Of a stretch of 64,000 nucleotides of DNA, positions 38,401 to 50,833 are shown piece after piece. Source of the DNA: Cystobasidiomycetes sp. EMM_F5 (Eukaryota). The notes beneath the pieces are model-generated. The model was not told the origin of the DNA. It did not search any database and was given only the letters and a program-made list of their open reading frames with translations. The stretch is taken from the NCBI GenBank assembly GCA_051047955.1, contig JBPGPT010000010.1:186001-250000 (forward strand). Direction: 5' to 3'. How positions within the stretch are numbered: the first letter of the stretch is position 1; each line of letters opens with the position of its first letter. The position numbers and the translations under genes are program-made.

Positions 38401-40389
38401 TCAAACAAGAGTAAAGCCGTCCCTATCCGACTCGTCTGCCGACCCATTTCGCTCGGCTTCTTCAGTCTCATCCTCGTCGACTGGCTCGAAAGCGTCGAAC
38501 GGCACGCGGTACAGATGAATCTTTGCAGAGTTTGGATCCCGAAGTAAGCAAAACTTGCCCTCTGGCTGCTTGAGCACGAGGTCGACAATGGTTCGTACGA
38601 TACCCCACCCGTTTGGCAGGTTGACATTCATCTGGCTTGCAAATTCACGAGGCTTGAGCCACTGCGTGCCTAGAATGACGTGCCTGTTGTCATCCTTTAC
38701 GTTTGCGCGCGAGATGTACCCCATCTTCATCTGTTCGGCTCCGGCCAGGATACTCTGTACCGCAAAGCGGGCGAGCTTGCACGAATTATTCTTCATCTCG
38801 GTAGCAACGACTGCACCTCGTTGAGTGTCGAGTTTTGATCGCCAGTCTGGTGCTCCGCCAGCACCTTGTCCACTGCGGCCCTTGTACTCAAAGAGTGTTT
38901 TTGTAGTGATGTATGTCACTTCAGATGCATCTGGCCGATTAAAGTCGGATGTCGTGATTGACGATGTGGCGGTAGGGGTTCCTCGGATGTACGAGTCGAC
39001 TTCTGTTCTCACAATCAGAGTGACGTCCTCCTCTTCGTTGATTGACAGATCGAATTTGCGATATCTGTATCCGCACGATGCTGGTGGGTTGACTTCTTCA
39101 GACGAGTAGAAGGGATTGGGTTTGGCAAAGTCGATACGGGAAGCGTCGCCTGCATCGTCCTTGACAACCTGCCATGCAAAGGTATTGTTGACGTAGGTTG
39201 CCTCCAGTGCCAGAGCAGATGGTGAGTTGATGTCCTTGAAGTCCTGCTCCTTGACATCTTTTGGCCTCTCGGCGTCCATAGGGGGATCCGAAGCGTTTTC
39301 ATTGACAGAAACCAAGTCTGGTAATATATCTGTCAGCATGTACTCCAGGGTTCCAAACATACACTTGCCGAATGGACCATCCTCCACTTCCCGCTTGTCC
39401 AAAAACACCTTGTCACCTTCTCGGGTAATGACGATATCCCACGGGTTTGAAGAACGGCTTGTGCACATGAGAAGGGAGAGGATATTGTCTGTTGCAAATA
39501 TGGTAGCACGGTTGGCAGCAGCGTACTGTGTGCGTACAATGTTAGTACAGTATTCAACAGAGCACAAATTTGGTAGGCGTACTTCTTGAATGATTGGATC
39601 ATCAGATGTAGTAGGATTATAGTGTACTCGGTCGATGACCTGAAGAGGGACGGGATTCTTTGTATTGACGCGGTCGTATGAACGGTCGTACTCGGTGACG
39701 AATCCAAACTGTCCAATATCTTCCGGATCTTGTGTATCCACATCCAACCGCAATTTGCTGAGTCGAGCAAAGTCAATCTCTTCAAGCTTCTCCCAGCTGC
39801 TCCGCACTGCGACTGTTGCATTACGATCACGCTGCTGGTGGTCGCCCCATCGTGAGTTGCCCATCCTGCCGTATCCACCACGACCGAGGTACTGCGTCCC
39901 TCTGCCCCTACCGCCGTACCCACTGCCTCTGTTGTTGTATCCTCCAGCTGCACCACCGCGTGCACCACCTGCTCCGCCTCTTGCACCACCTCTGCTCGCA
40001 TATCCGCCTCGTCCACCTCTTTGACCGAAATTTGGTCCGCCTATCCCACTACCGCCGCGACCGCTGCGACCAGCTCCAGAGCCAGCCTTGTCAACGAGCG
40101 AGAATGAGCCACCATCGTCGTCTGCTCCAGCTTCGTAGAGGTGTGATCTCCCCCCTCTGGCCGCCAGACCGGCTGCACCTCGAGAACTGCTGCCCTGGCC
40201 TGTTGTGTAGTCGCTTCTGAACCAGTCTGCGGGCTGAGGGAATGCATGACCTCTGTCGGCTTTGCTAAACGTCTCGTAGGGAATCTCTGTAAACTCTGAT
40301 GGAATCGCAGATACTGCTGGCCCAAAAAGCGGTACGCCAGACGACGAAGCTGCGTCAAACAGCATCGGGAGCTTGAACCCAGACGACAT
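38401..40389 (-). CDS. eIF3d: Eukaryotic translation initiation factor 3 subunit D
   Basis: SFSLVD, RGG-rich segment, TTSDDPII, YRYRKF, DWRSKLDTQRGAVVATEMKNNSCKLA and LLRDPN motifs; two in-frame introns. Confidence 0.95.
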   Translation of the reverse strand: MSSGFKLPMLFDAASSSGVPLFGPAVSAIPSEFTEIPYETFSKADRGHAFPQPADWFRSDYTTGQGSSSRGAAGLAARGGRSHLYEAGADDDGGSFSLVDKAGSGAGRSGRGGSGIGGPNFGQRGGRGGYASRGGARGGAGGARGGAAGGYNNRGSGYGGRGRGTQYLGRGGYGRMGNSRWGDHQQRDRNATVAVRSSWEKLEEIDFARLSKLRLDVDTQDPEDIGQFGFVTEYDRSYDRVNTKNPVPLQVIDRVHYNPTTSDDPIIQEVRLPNLCSVEYCTNIVRTQYAAANRATIFATDNILSLLMCTSRSSNPWDIVITREGDKVFLDKREVEDGPFGKCMFGTLEYMLTDILPDLVSVNENASDPPMDAERPKDVKEQDFKDINSPSALALEATYVNNTFAWQVVKDDAGDASRIDFAKPNPFYSSEEVNPPASCGYRYRKFDLSINEEEDVTLIVRTEVDSYIRGTPTATSSITTSDFNRPDASEVTYITTKTLFEYKGRSGQGAGGAPDWRSKLDTQRGAVVATEMKNNSCKLARFAVQSILAGAEQMKMGYISRANVKDDNRHVILGTQWLKPREFASQMNVNLPNGWGIVRTIVDLVLKQPEGKFCLLRDPNSAKIHLYRVPFDAFEPVDEDETEEAERNGSADESDRDGFTLV

Positions 40390-40762
40390 GGCTAGGACAG
40401 AGTCAGTGTACCAGCTGTGTGTGATGTAGCTGGCAGTCTTGCGCAGTCTTTGTTGTTGTGAGCTTGGATTGAACACCAAATGCCAAATTTCAAGGCAAGA
40501 AAAGTTGAAGACTTTCAAGCCGGCTGCTGGGCTTGACTGCTTCACGATATCGGGATAACCATATCAAGCAGGTCATACAGGCTGAGACTGTATCGTACAA
40601 CACTGCGACGTGCCCGCCTCAGTCGAAACACCCGCCGTAGCCTGATTTCCGACACTGCCAAACTGCGCGCCCGTCACGACCGCGTCCTAGGGAACAAACA
40701 ACCAAACGGAACAGCGAGTCGTCGTACAAAGCATAGCGTGGACTAGATTATCAGCAACAGCA

Positions 40763-42488
40763 ATGTCGGCAGTAGGAGGCGCTCCAGGCGTCAAGGTGAG
40801 TGGAGAGTCGGGGCGTAGTATTCGCGGCTGGAAACATGGGCTGTCAAGATTGGCCTAGCTGGAGTAGCAACCACGTTGATGACATCGCATCATGGAATCA
40901 GTGATTGATGATGACTGCTATTTCTGACACTCCCGACGCATTCGCGCTTGCACCCAACAGGACCTGTTATCTGGTCATCCCGGTCACCTCAACCCCGAAC
41001 AATCGCACAAGCTGCAGAAGTTCAAGGAGGAGCTTAGTACCGACAGCAGTTACAATGCCGAAGAATTCGATGACGCCTACTTGCTGTGCGTCATTATGAC
41101 TTGTTATACATGGCGGGCTGTGGGCTGAACCTCGACGGAACAGACGCTTCTTGCGAGCGAGAAAGTTTGATATGCCAAAGACGATGCTCATGTGGAATGA
41201 CTTTATCAAGTGGAGATCAGAGTTTGGCGGTGGTGTAGATCACCTCTACAACAACTTCGAATACCCAGAAGCGAAAGAGGTCGACAAGATTTACCCGCAA
41301 TTCTATCACAAGACCGACAAGGTGATTTTTTTGTATGGCACATAGGTGCATATTCTCACTGAATCGACTCTGCTCGCAGGATGGCCGACCTGTTTATATC
41401 GAAATTCTGGGCAAGATTGACCTTACCAAGCTCTTCCAAGTGACTACATCCGACAGGCAGCTGCAACGACTCGTGACGGAGTATGAGAAATTCTTGAGAG
41501 ATCGGTAGGCCCTCTAGCTCATCGCATTTAGTTTTGCGGTCTCACATCGCTACTACAGCCTGCCAGTGTGCTCCGAAGTCAAGGGCGAACTCATCGAGAC
41601 TTCATGCACAATCATGGATCTAAAGGATGTCGGCATCTCGCAATTCTGGAAGGTGAAGGGACAGGTGCAAGCAGCAGCGGGCAGTGCGTTTGTCAATGAT
41701 CTTTCCGTGATGAGCTGCAACTAAAGCAGGTGTTGATCAGTCTCCTCCAACAACTACCCCGAAACAATGGGCAAATTCTACATTGTGAGTACAAGATACA
41801 ACAACAGTGGTTGGATGGTCTAACTCGTCGACAGATCAACGCGCCATGGGCGTTCACAAGCGTGTGGTCACTGGTAAAAGGATGGCTCGACCCAGTCACT
41901 GTGGCCAAGATTACGATTCTCGGACACAACTACCAATCCACTCTACATGCGCAAATTCCCAAAGAGAATCTTCCATCCTTCCTCGGCGGAACATGCCACT
42001 GTACACAAGGCTGCACGCTCTCGGACGCTGGTCCATGGCAAGATCCGGCGCTTGTGGAAAAGGCCAAAGGAAGGAGAACGAACGGTGCAGGAGAAACATA
42101 CCGCGTCGGTACGGACGCTGCTCAACATAACGGCGGTACGCAACATTCCTCTTCTTCTAGCACCTCTGCCGCACCTGCCGCCACCTTTGTTCCTGTTGCG
42201 TCGAATCTCGCTGCACACGCAGCGTCCGAGCCAGTAGTAGCTCTCCCAGTGCAAATGGACAGTCTGTCCGTAAAGGAGAAGGATACAGCTGTGGACGATC
42301 ATGTGGCACCTCCCGCACAGACTGCAGATTCACATGAAGAGTCGACGTCAGCTCACGATGGTCCTTCTTCCACCTCTTTCCACTCCACTTCTGCTGTCAA
42401 CAGAGGCTCTCCCACACGCAGCGTAGTCACGGTCCCTCTGCCTGCCGAGACGGAAATGACAACGGTTGTTAGCAAGGTCGATGCTTAA
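40763..42488 (+). CDS. SEC14: Sec14 phosphatidylinositol/phosphatidylcholine transfer protein
   Basis: GHPGHL, DDAYLL|RFLRARKFD, YPQFYHKTDKDGRPVY, ETSCTIMDL, YPETMGKFYIINAP, WLDPVTVAKI and GGTC.C..GC.LSDAGPW; disordered C-terminal extension. Confidence 0.94.
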
Positions 42489-42732
42489 GGCAGATACCAG
42501 TCTCTACATCAGGTCGGTATGGTTATACTTTTAACGGTCAGTATGGCCGTACCTTACATGCAAACGAGATCTGCACGTCTTCTTTATACGTTGTACTTTT
42601 GAATTTAGACCACGACCTATACGAAGTGCGTGAAGATGTATTCCGAGTGCTGAGAATTATCAACCAGATCATCTTGCATTCACAATTCATGCAGTCCGTG
42701 CTACTAAGTCCTAAAATTGTGCCATGTATATT

Positions 42733-43848
42733 TCACTCCTTCTCGTCGTGCGTCCATCCAAGCAGCTTTTCCGCCTTCTGGCTGATGAAGAACGCCTTGT
42801 TCCCATCAAAGCCATCGCGTAGCTGTGTGTTTGGATAGTGCTTGCTAGCGAGCTCTTTCGATGGAGTCTTTTGCGTGGTCTCGGGTGCGACAATGTTGAA
42901 GACTGCGATTTTGTGGCAGTCAGTCTCGTCTAGCGATACAACTAAAGATACTCACCTTCATGTCCTTTCCATCCTTCGCTCGTTACACCGAGCATGCACG
43001 CTCTCGCTACGGCTGTAGGATTTACCCAAGCCCAAAGCTGCTTGGCAGCGAATTCTGGATCCTCCTCGTGCTCCTTTTGAACGGTCTTGAGCGGCTGTAC
43101 TTCATGAATGCGCAGTGACGCGATACGCATATCTGGGAACCAGTGAACGAATGACTCGCACTGGATCTCGGCTTCCATTTTAGCTAGTGCATACGAATCG
43201 GTCGGTCTTTGCACTACTTTCTCATCGAGGCTGTCGGACAAGCATGTCAGAGGGAGTATGTATTGCTGTAGTTCGAGAGAACCCACGGAAAGTAGTCGAA
43301 TCTGTTTGGCTGATTCGAAAAGGCCAATCCGATAGCATTCACGCTCGACGCGAAAGTAACTCTGTTGATCTTGAGTTCTGCACACGCTCTTAGACCAATG
43401 AATGCAGAATTGACGTTGTTATTGTGTACTTTGTAATCGTCCTTGTCGACGGGGTCTGGAATCGCGGCGAGGTGGATGACGGCATCGACTCCCTTGAACG
43501 CTTTCAGCGTTGCCTCGTAATCTGAGGCCGTATCGGCTGTTCGCATCTCGGTATTGGGAGTGTCATCCTTTTCTTGATCTGTGCGATTGACTTGAACAGT
43601 GCTGTATTATTGGAGTGATTGTTTGCAACGTGCAGCATAACATCGACGACCCGGACATCAAGAGGTCAGTAAGTTTTGGTCGTGACGGTCAAACTGGCAG
43701 TCCGACTAACTGATGACCATTCTCTGCACAAAACTTGACGACAGCTCGCCCAACCGAGCCTCTTGCACCTGGAAGCCACAAAGATACGTCAGTTTGGCCC
43801 AGTCTCGACAGTCTTGTCGGCTGACGCACCAGTAATGGCGATTTTCAT
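42733..43848 (-). CDS. NAD-dependent epimerase/dehydratase (extended SDR)
   Basis: MKIAITG|ARGSVG Rossmann motif, DAVIHLAAIP, ASSVNAIG and YALAK (YxxxK). Confidence 0.88.
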
Positions 43849-44655
43849 GTTTTGAAACGGTGACAGTGATGCGCGAATCTTGAACAAGAAGCTTCAAGAT
43901 GTGTTGCCTTTGGCCAGACGTCGAAAATGTCGCAGGTGGTGACGTTCCTGTCACCGAGAAGATCGGCTTCGAGCATGTACTGAAACTGCAGTTGGGAAAC
44001 CACGACAAGCTGACGACTGATACAATGCTGAGATCACAACGCTCATACGATAGTCTGGAAACAAGTCTTGCTGACGGAAATGCGGAGAACTGACGAAAAG
44101 CTGATTTGCTTATTGGTTTTAGAGGGGGACAGCTCATACGTGGCAATCTAGCCCACTGAAGCTGATATCAATCATGGATCTTTGCACTCTATATGCAGTA
44201 ATGCTCTGCCATGAGCGACGAGACGGCTTTACAGGCGCGTGATACGCCTCATTTCCCATAGCAGACCTAGACAATTTGGTCTGGCCCACACTTCGCCAGT
44301 CAGCTGCAAGGTAGGGGACTGTGTCAGAAGAGCTAACAACGTCAAAAGCCTGCAAAGGGCTGTCTGAGCTGAAGGGCGTTTGGTCAAAGCCTTCCAGACA
44401 TCAACACAAAATATGTATCGATAAATGCAATGTAGCAGACTTGTGCGGAGCAAACGCAGTGACGAGCTGAGCGAATGTAGTGCTTGTAAAGCCGCCATAG
44501 GCATTGCGTACATTCTTTCGTCGAGCGGTCCAGTGCAATATGGTGCTTTTTCGATTGCCCTTTGCATTCTGGCGTCGGTTGTTGGCTCGGGTTTCGCTCA
44601 AGCCAGCACACTTACCTGTGTTGACTGTTCCCATTGCCGAGCAAGCCTGATAAAT

Positions 44656-47600
44656 ATGTCGTATGACAATCCTGCGTCGCCTGGTCACGGCGGCTCCCCA
44701 GGTCGAGGTGCTGCAGGTGCTCGCAGTGAGGACCTCGACGACGGACATGCTAGACGAGGGAGAAGCCCAGCAGATGACGGTACATTCCAGCATCCGTCGT
44801 GATATACGATATTCGGACGACTCGCTGACGCTCTTACTACCTGGACTTGATGGCTTTTCTGTTCTGAACTGGAAATCTTCGTATGCGATTCAAACCTGTT
44901 AGACCGAAGAAAGCGACGACGCTCTCCGTCGCCAGGGAACTCGCGAAACAATGATGGATACTACGGTAATCACCCTCGAGAGCGGTCACCATACCGAGGC
45001 GGTAGCGGAGGTGCATACTACGGAGCTCCTCCCGCCTATGGAGGTGCAGTTGGCGGCCCAGCCGGATACGGTATGCTTGCTACGTCTATGAAGCTTCTGT
45101 ACGACATTGAACACCGTGCTATGCACTCCTTGCGTCCTTTTGGGCAGACCGCTACGATTCACGAGGGGGCTACCGAGATCCATACGACCCGTATGCTATG
45201 GCTCCTCCCGCTTACGATAGGAGGGCTCCACAGTCCTCGTCGGCTTCTCAGTAAGCTTCATCTGTGTAGATGTCAATTCCCTACTTGATGCCGTATTATA
45301 GACGACCTCGGATGCAAGCGCCGACCGAGTTGCCATACCTCGTTACTTTCGCCTACTATCGCGACTGGATGAAGGACGAGGACCACCGAATATATGACGA
45401 CCGTGCAAAGTTGGACGAAGCATACAAGAAGTACCGTATCGGTTTCCTGCACAAGAATAACAGAGCTTTCTGGGACGAAATCAAAGGCTTTCCGTGGACG
45501 ACAGAACGTTACGGATCCGGCGAGGACGAAGTAGCGGAGCGGAAGCGGCTCCGCGCTTTAGGCAGAGAAGGAAAGCTCGAAGCGTACCTGGCATTGTTGC
45601 AGAGCGGTGATATTGACGACCTTTCGTACGATCAGAAAGGTAAGATTGCAATGGTAGCTAGATTGCTGCTGCATCGCAGCTGATTTGTGCATGAACCATT
45701 TAGCCCCTGCTTCGCCCCCGAAGAGAGAGCTCAAGCTAGAAAACGGTGACGATTCAGGCAAAGATGCGGCTAAGACTGAAGACAATTCCGAAGTGAAAGC
45801 CGAGGCGAACGGTGATGAGAATATACAGACGGACGAAGCAGGCAATAAGCTGGAGGCATCGGATGAAGCTCAAGTCAAAATCGAAGGAGCTGCTGAAGGC
45901 GAACCTGCAAAAGCCGCCAAGGCTGATGAAGAGGCACAACCTGCCCAGGAGGATGATGCAAAGAAGACTGAAGATGACCAAGTGCTGATACCGGCTGCGC
46001 CTACGACCCTGTTCATAAAGTCCGTCTCACCCGAAATTTCCCGCGCAGACTTGGAAAAGGTAGGAGCTTCATATGTCTGTACTGTATATGACTTATTTAT
46101 TTACACGTGCGTTGACGCATCGACAGCACTGCTCTCAAGTCGATGGATTGCACTATATTGCCCTGTCGGAACCCAATCCTTCAAAACGCTTCCATCGGTA
46201 CGCATGGGTTGTCTACAGGCCTGATGTGGACATGAAAGAGGCTGTCGAAAAGCTGTCCGAGTCAAAAGTCAATGATTTCACATTACACATGACGTTGCAG
46301 GACAAGCCTTCCTACCAAAGACTGAGATCGGCGCCTTCCCTGATGAACGCTCCCGACCGCATCAAGGCGTCTTTAGAACACGTCCGAACGCTAGTCACCA
46401 AGCACGAAACCGAAATTTCAGACGACCGCGGCAGTAAAGCCTTGGAAGCCAAATTGGTGCAACTGCGCGATAAGTCGGACTATGATGCGCCAGACGGAGA
46501 AGACGACCACGCCCGAGCAATCAGAATCGATATTCTAGAAAGGCGATTCCTCGATCTGTACATCCATTACCTCCGCACAGTCTTCCATGTTTGCTACTAT
46601 TGCGTTGCCTCTACCGACTTTGCTGAAGAACTGGTCCGCAAATGCGTCGGTCATGTTCGAAAGCAGCAACCTCACACGAACAAAAACTCAAAATCGAATG
46701 AGCAAAACTGGGTGAAGAACTTCGATGAAAAGATCCCATTGCTGACTGATAGGGAGTCGGTCGATCCCATAGAGCACGGAGGCGAGAATTATCAAGAGTA
46801 GGCATATCATCTATTGCGACCTCATTTGCGTGACTTACGTGAGATACAGGGAACTGTCCAAACTGGCAAAACCCAACATTCAAATTGAGGATGAAGGCAA
46901 ATACCGCTGCAAAGCCTGCAAGAAGCTCTTCAAGGCAGGCCCGTTCGTAGAGAAGCATATACTCAATAAACACCCCGAACTGATAGCCGAGAAGCTGCAA
47001 GATGTAAGTTCACTCTACATGATCATTAAAGTTGTCTAATCCGTGCTTCTACAGGTTACTTTCTTCAATACTTGGGTACTCGACCCTTCTAAAGTACCTC
47101 CACCGGTGGCCGATGCGCCCGTCTACTCTACAAGTGCCAACTACCCAGCGAATAACGGTACATACTATCCCAACAACAATCGAATGGCGGATACCTTTGG
47201 AGCCTTCAATCAAATGTTCAATCCCCAATTCAATGGTTACATGATGGGTGCGTACGGAGGCTTCTATAATCCGATGTATGCACCGCCGCCAATGTCGGCA
47301 GGCTTCAACGGCTTTGGTGCGGCTGGGTATGGTGCTCCAATGAGTGGAGACGCACGCGCTCTCGGGGGCAGGATTGGGGACCGAGCAATGGACCCTTACA
47401 GCATGGGAGGAACGCCCACATCTATGCGCTCAAATGGCGGCGGCTCGGCTTCGAAGCGGCCTCGAAGAGAAAGCAATCCCGCCCCGCCTCCACCTCCAAA
47501 AGGCGCTAAGATCGATCCAAGAGCAGGAAAGCTGCATGCGTATACCGACTTAGATGGGCCGCCTGCCGGTGGAGGTGAAGACATGGCTCTCGACTATTAA
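44656..47600 (+). CDS. Ars2/SERRATE (Pir2) RNA-processing factor
   Basis: RRM-like LFIKSVSP, YLRTVFHVCYYC...RKCVGHVR, C2H2 CKACKKLFK...KHILNKH and C-terminal DPR...YTDLD. Confidence 0.9.
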
Positions 47601-47976
47601 GTAACACAGATGATGTACATTTACAGCATATGCTTGAGCTGGGCCTTCCAAAGCGTTGCAAGCCTTCTCGAAGCGACGCGGTCTAGAATGTTGCGCAACC
47701 TCGACAATGTACCGGCGTATGCTACTTCTCAGGAAGCGGCATTTCCCGTAATCCCAGCTCGGTGGCGTGGAGCGGAGCGCGACCGATATCAATATGCACG
47801 TATGAAGCGCTCTCCTTCCGACAACTCGCCAGGAAGCCGAGTCGGAAGAATGCTATTGGCCGCTTGAGAATTGCATACAAGCAGAGACTTGCGTTCTGCT
47901 TTTCTTAACTTCCACACGCATTATTTCTCAGAGCCTCTTCACTAAATTAACGCTCCATTCAGCTCACATCCCTATC

Positions 47977-48654
47977 ATGCTTTCTCTCTGTCAAACAGTA
48001 GCTCTCGGAACTCTTACGGCAATCGCTGCGCAGATCTCCGGTACGACAAACGCCATCTCATTCTGAACTTGCAGAACTAAACATGATGTGCAGGTGCGGT
48101 GGCTGAAGACGTGCCTCCTACGCTTACGAACTTCTTCTGTTACCATGGGTACGGGTAGGGCTGTTCAATCAACGGCGTCACAGATAGCTCGTATACTGGT
48201 CCGGCCAAAGTGCGCTATACGAGGTCTGGCTTCGTTCTACGTTGCTGAGTGTTCCCTTCCCAGGCCACTTGTCAGATGTTCATAGATTAACTCAAGACTG
48301 ACGATATGGTTACACTGTCCGCTACTGCCCAAGTCTCTGGCAACGTTACATGGCCAGCTGCCCTGGACCCGGCAAATGATTGCAAGATCTACATGTAGGT
48401 CAGAGCAGATATCTCCGCCGTCCCTCGGGTTGACCGACTTCGTCCACCAGTACCAACCAAATGCCAGATACCACTTTCCAGTTCAAAAAATCTGATTTAG
48501 CTACGGCGACCCAAACTCTTTTGGACGGGTGTCTCTTTGCAACGCCGCAGAACAACGATGGAGTATGCATCGTCCGGCCTCCGGAGGAGGTGCTAATGTC
48601 GATGATGTCGGCTACTGGTCCCGCATCAATCTGAGCAAATGGTCAGACGCATGA
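47977..48654 (+). pseudogene. Pseudogenised copy 1 of the tandem secreted 6-Cys family
   Basis: Same exon structure as copies 2 and 3, but TAG at 48156-48158 (paralogs TGG), TAA at 48288-48290 (paralogs CAG/GAA) and a 1-nt deletion near 48583 before DVGYWSRIN. Confidence 0.85.
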
Positions 48655-49291
48655 CCGCAATTCGTCGATCGCTTTGCTTGTCGGCCTCTACGACCTGTCA
48701 GGTCGTCAGAAGTGGCTTGCCATCCGACCCTTTCAACACATTCCACATACATTCATGTTATTTTCTGCTTCCCCGTGTTGAACTATGCTCGATACCTTTC
48801 CCCATGTAAATGGACGTTGAACGGCAGTCGTTGCATACTCGTGGTCCTACGGGCCCAAACATTGACGTCCAGAGTCCTTTTAGTATATAAAAGACCTTAC
48901 ATCTGGCTTCCGTACTGAGAATACCGGCGGTATGATATGGCAAGTGCCTCAATGCGAGATGTCGCTCAGACTATCATCCTACCAGTATACGAGGCAATAT
49001 GCAGTGCTCGAAGAGGCGCGCTGCGCCTGCCTTTCGGTTTCCGTCACGTAGAGCCGCCAAATTCCGCCCAAGACGGCGATAGGTTCTCCTCGCTGTGAGT
49101 CATGCGCTATTCTGCTTCCTTTCACGCTGACCGCGCCAGCCATCCGGACCGGCTGAAGACCGCCAATCGATATGCCGCCCAGTTGCAGACCGCAAAGTGA
49201 CGGAAAGCGGAGGTCGTACGTTTATTCTATTACCAAGCAAAACTTCTCGACCAGTTTTACAATATTCAAAGCATACAACACTTCCTTTCCA

Positions 49292-50099
49292 ATGCTCTCA
49301 TTGTACCACAAAGCCAGTCTCGGTGCAATCACGGCATTGTACATGCATCGCTACAGTAAGTGCACCAATTCCTGGATGATATGGCAAGCTAATGCAGGTG
49401 TAGGTGCACTGGCTGCCGATACCGTGCCTCCTATACTCTCCAACTTCAACTGTTACACCGGGTACACGTGGGGATGCTCCATCAAAGATGTTCTGGCCGG
49501 TGATTCCTACAGCGGTCCGACGAAAGTGAGAGCCTGCACCGCTTCTCTCCGATTCATTGGAGCTGACCGTCCAAATCAGGCCGCTTGTCAAAAATTCATA
49601 GATCAGCTCAAGACAGATGATATGGTCTCAATCACAGCGACAGCCCAGGTTGGCGAGATTGGTCGCTTTACGGCAGGCAACTTCACCTGGCCAGCCGTCC
49701 AGGATCCGCAAAACGATTGTAAAATCTACATGTACGTCTGTGCAAATGAGGCTATTGCATCGGGTTTCCTGACACAGGCACGGACACAGCACCAACCAGA
49801 TGCCGGCCACCACGTTCCAATTCAAGAAACGGGATTTAGCAGCAGCAGTGCAAGTGCTCCTGGATGGCTGCCTCTTTGCGACTCCCCAAAATAATGATGG
49901 GGTTTGCATCGTGAAGCCTGGAGTAGGCGAAGCATCCAAAGCGGATGATGTCGGGTACTGGTCCCGCATTAATATTGGTAAATGGCCAGCCGTAAAAGCA
50001 AGTACATCGGCAGGTACATCCTCAGTATCAGTTACTTCTCTAGCAACCACTACGACTTCGGTGATCCCCAGGTCCCGCTTGCCGTCACGCATGCAGTGA
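49292..50099 (+). CDS. Secreted 6-Cys family, copy 2 (4 exons, Ser/Thr-rich tail)
   Basis: NFNCYTGYTWGCS..GPTK|AACQKFIDQLKTDDMV..NFTWPA..NDCKIYI|TNQMP..FQFKKRDLA..LLDGCLFATPQNNDGVCIV..DVGYWSRIN. Confidence 0.85.
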
Positions 50100-50389
50100 T
50101 TATCAACAACATTGTATCGAGGTGCCGTTCAGTCATACGTAAGACAGGTCTTACAGTGTATACCCAACCCTCTCGTTATCTCAGGGCTGCTCATCGGCTG
50201 AGAATCCCATTCACTATTTAGCCGATTGCTGGGTAGCCCCTTGCATTTGTACAATTCTGCCCATTCAAGACTTACGACATCAGGGACTGCTATCGTTCTG
50301 TCTGACTCTATGCGATTGATACACTTTCGTTCCGTTCTAGCGCCAGTACATGCAAGGCGTCGGTTCTCAGCTGCTGATTCGATATTCCA

Positions 50390-50422
50390 GCATCTGTAAT
50401 GCATCTGTACTGCATCTGTACT
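50390..50422. repeat. 11-bp tandem repeat x3 (GCATCTGTAMT)
   Basis: gcatctgtaat gcatctgtact gcatctgtact, read directly between copies 2 and 3. Confidence 0.8.
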
Positions 50423-50833
50423 GACTCACATAACATGGGTAACGTTGTTGCGTTGAGAGATGATACAGAATGCTCTGCGTGCAGTGCGCTTGAGCAAAAA
50501 TCTGCGACTCCAGCGGGACACTGGCTGAAGACCCAGGGTCTCACAAAAAAGCGTCTATCCGTATACTAGCCAAAGCAAGCACGTGCAATAGCCTACAACA
50601 GCAATCGGGCTGCGTCCGCCTTGGTCATGCGTCGCGTCACTTCCCTTCAAGGTGAAGCGCCAGCCAAGCGGATCGGCTGACGGCCGCCGTACAATTTTAC
50701 CGCTCGGGTCAGGTTAAAAGCAAAGCGAATAACTTACTTCTTCTCTCTCTTTCCACACAAACAAACCACCGCAGTCCAATCATTACTCTCCAGCCAGAAA
50801 TCAAACTCTCAACGTAAACTCTCAACATTCGAC

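Noticed and set aside
40877..40927. Box C/D snoRNA-like motifs (TGATGA...TGATGA...CTGA) in the long first intron of SEC14
   Set aside because: Only ~50 nt from C to D box, the CTGA coincides with the likely branch point CTGAC, and no rRNA-complementary guide was recognised; snoscan or Infernal would settle it.
48156..48290. RIP-like mutation as the cause of the pseudogene stops
   Set aside because: Only two sites, one with an ambiguous ancestral codon (CAG or GAA), and no evident general C-to-T excess or AT enrichment.
50803..50826. AAACTCTCAAC direct repeat just upstream of copy 3 as a target-site duplication or CRISPR-like repeat
   Set aside because: The two units are only 2 nt apart with no intervening element; simple slippage duplication.
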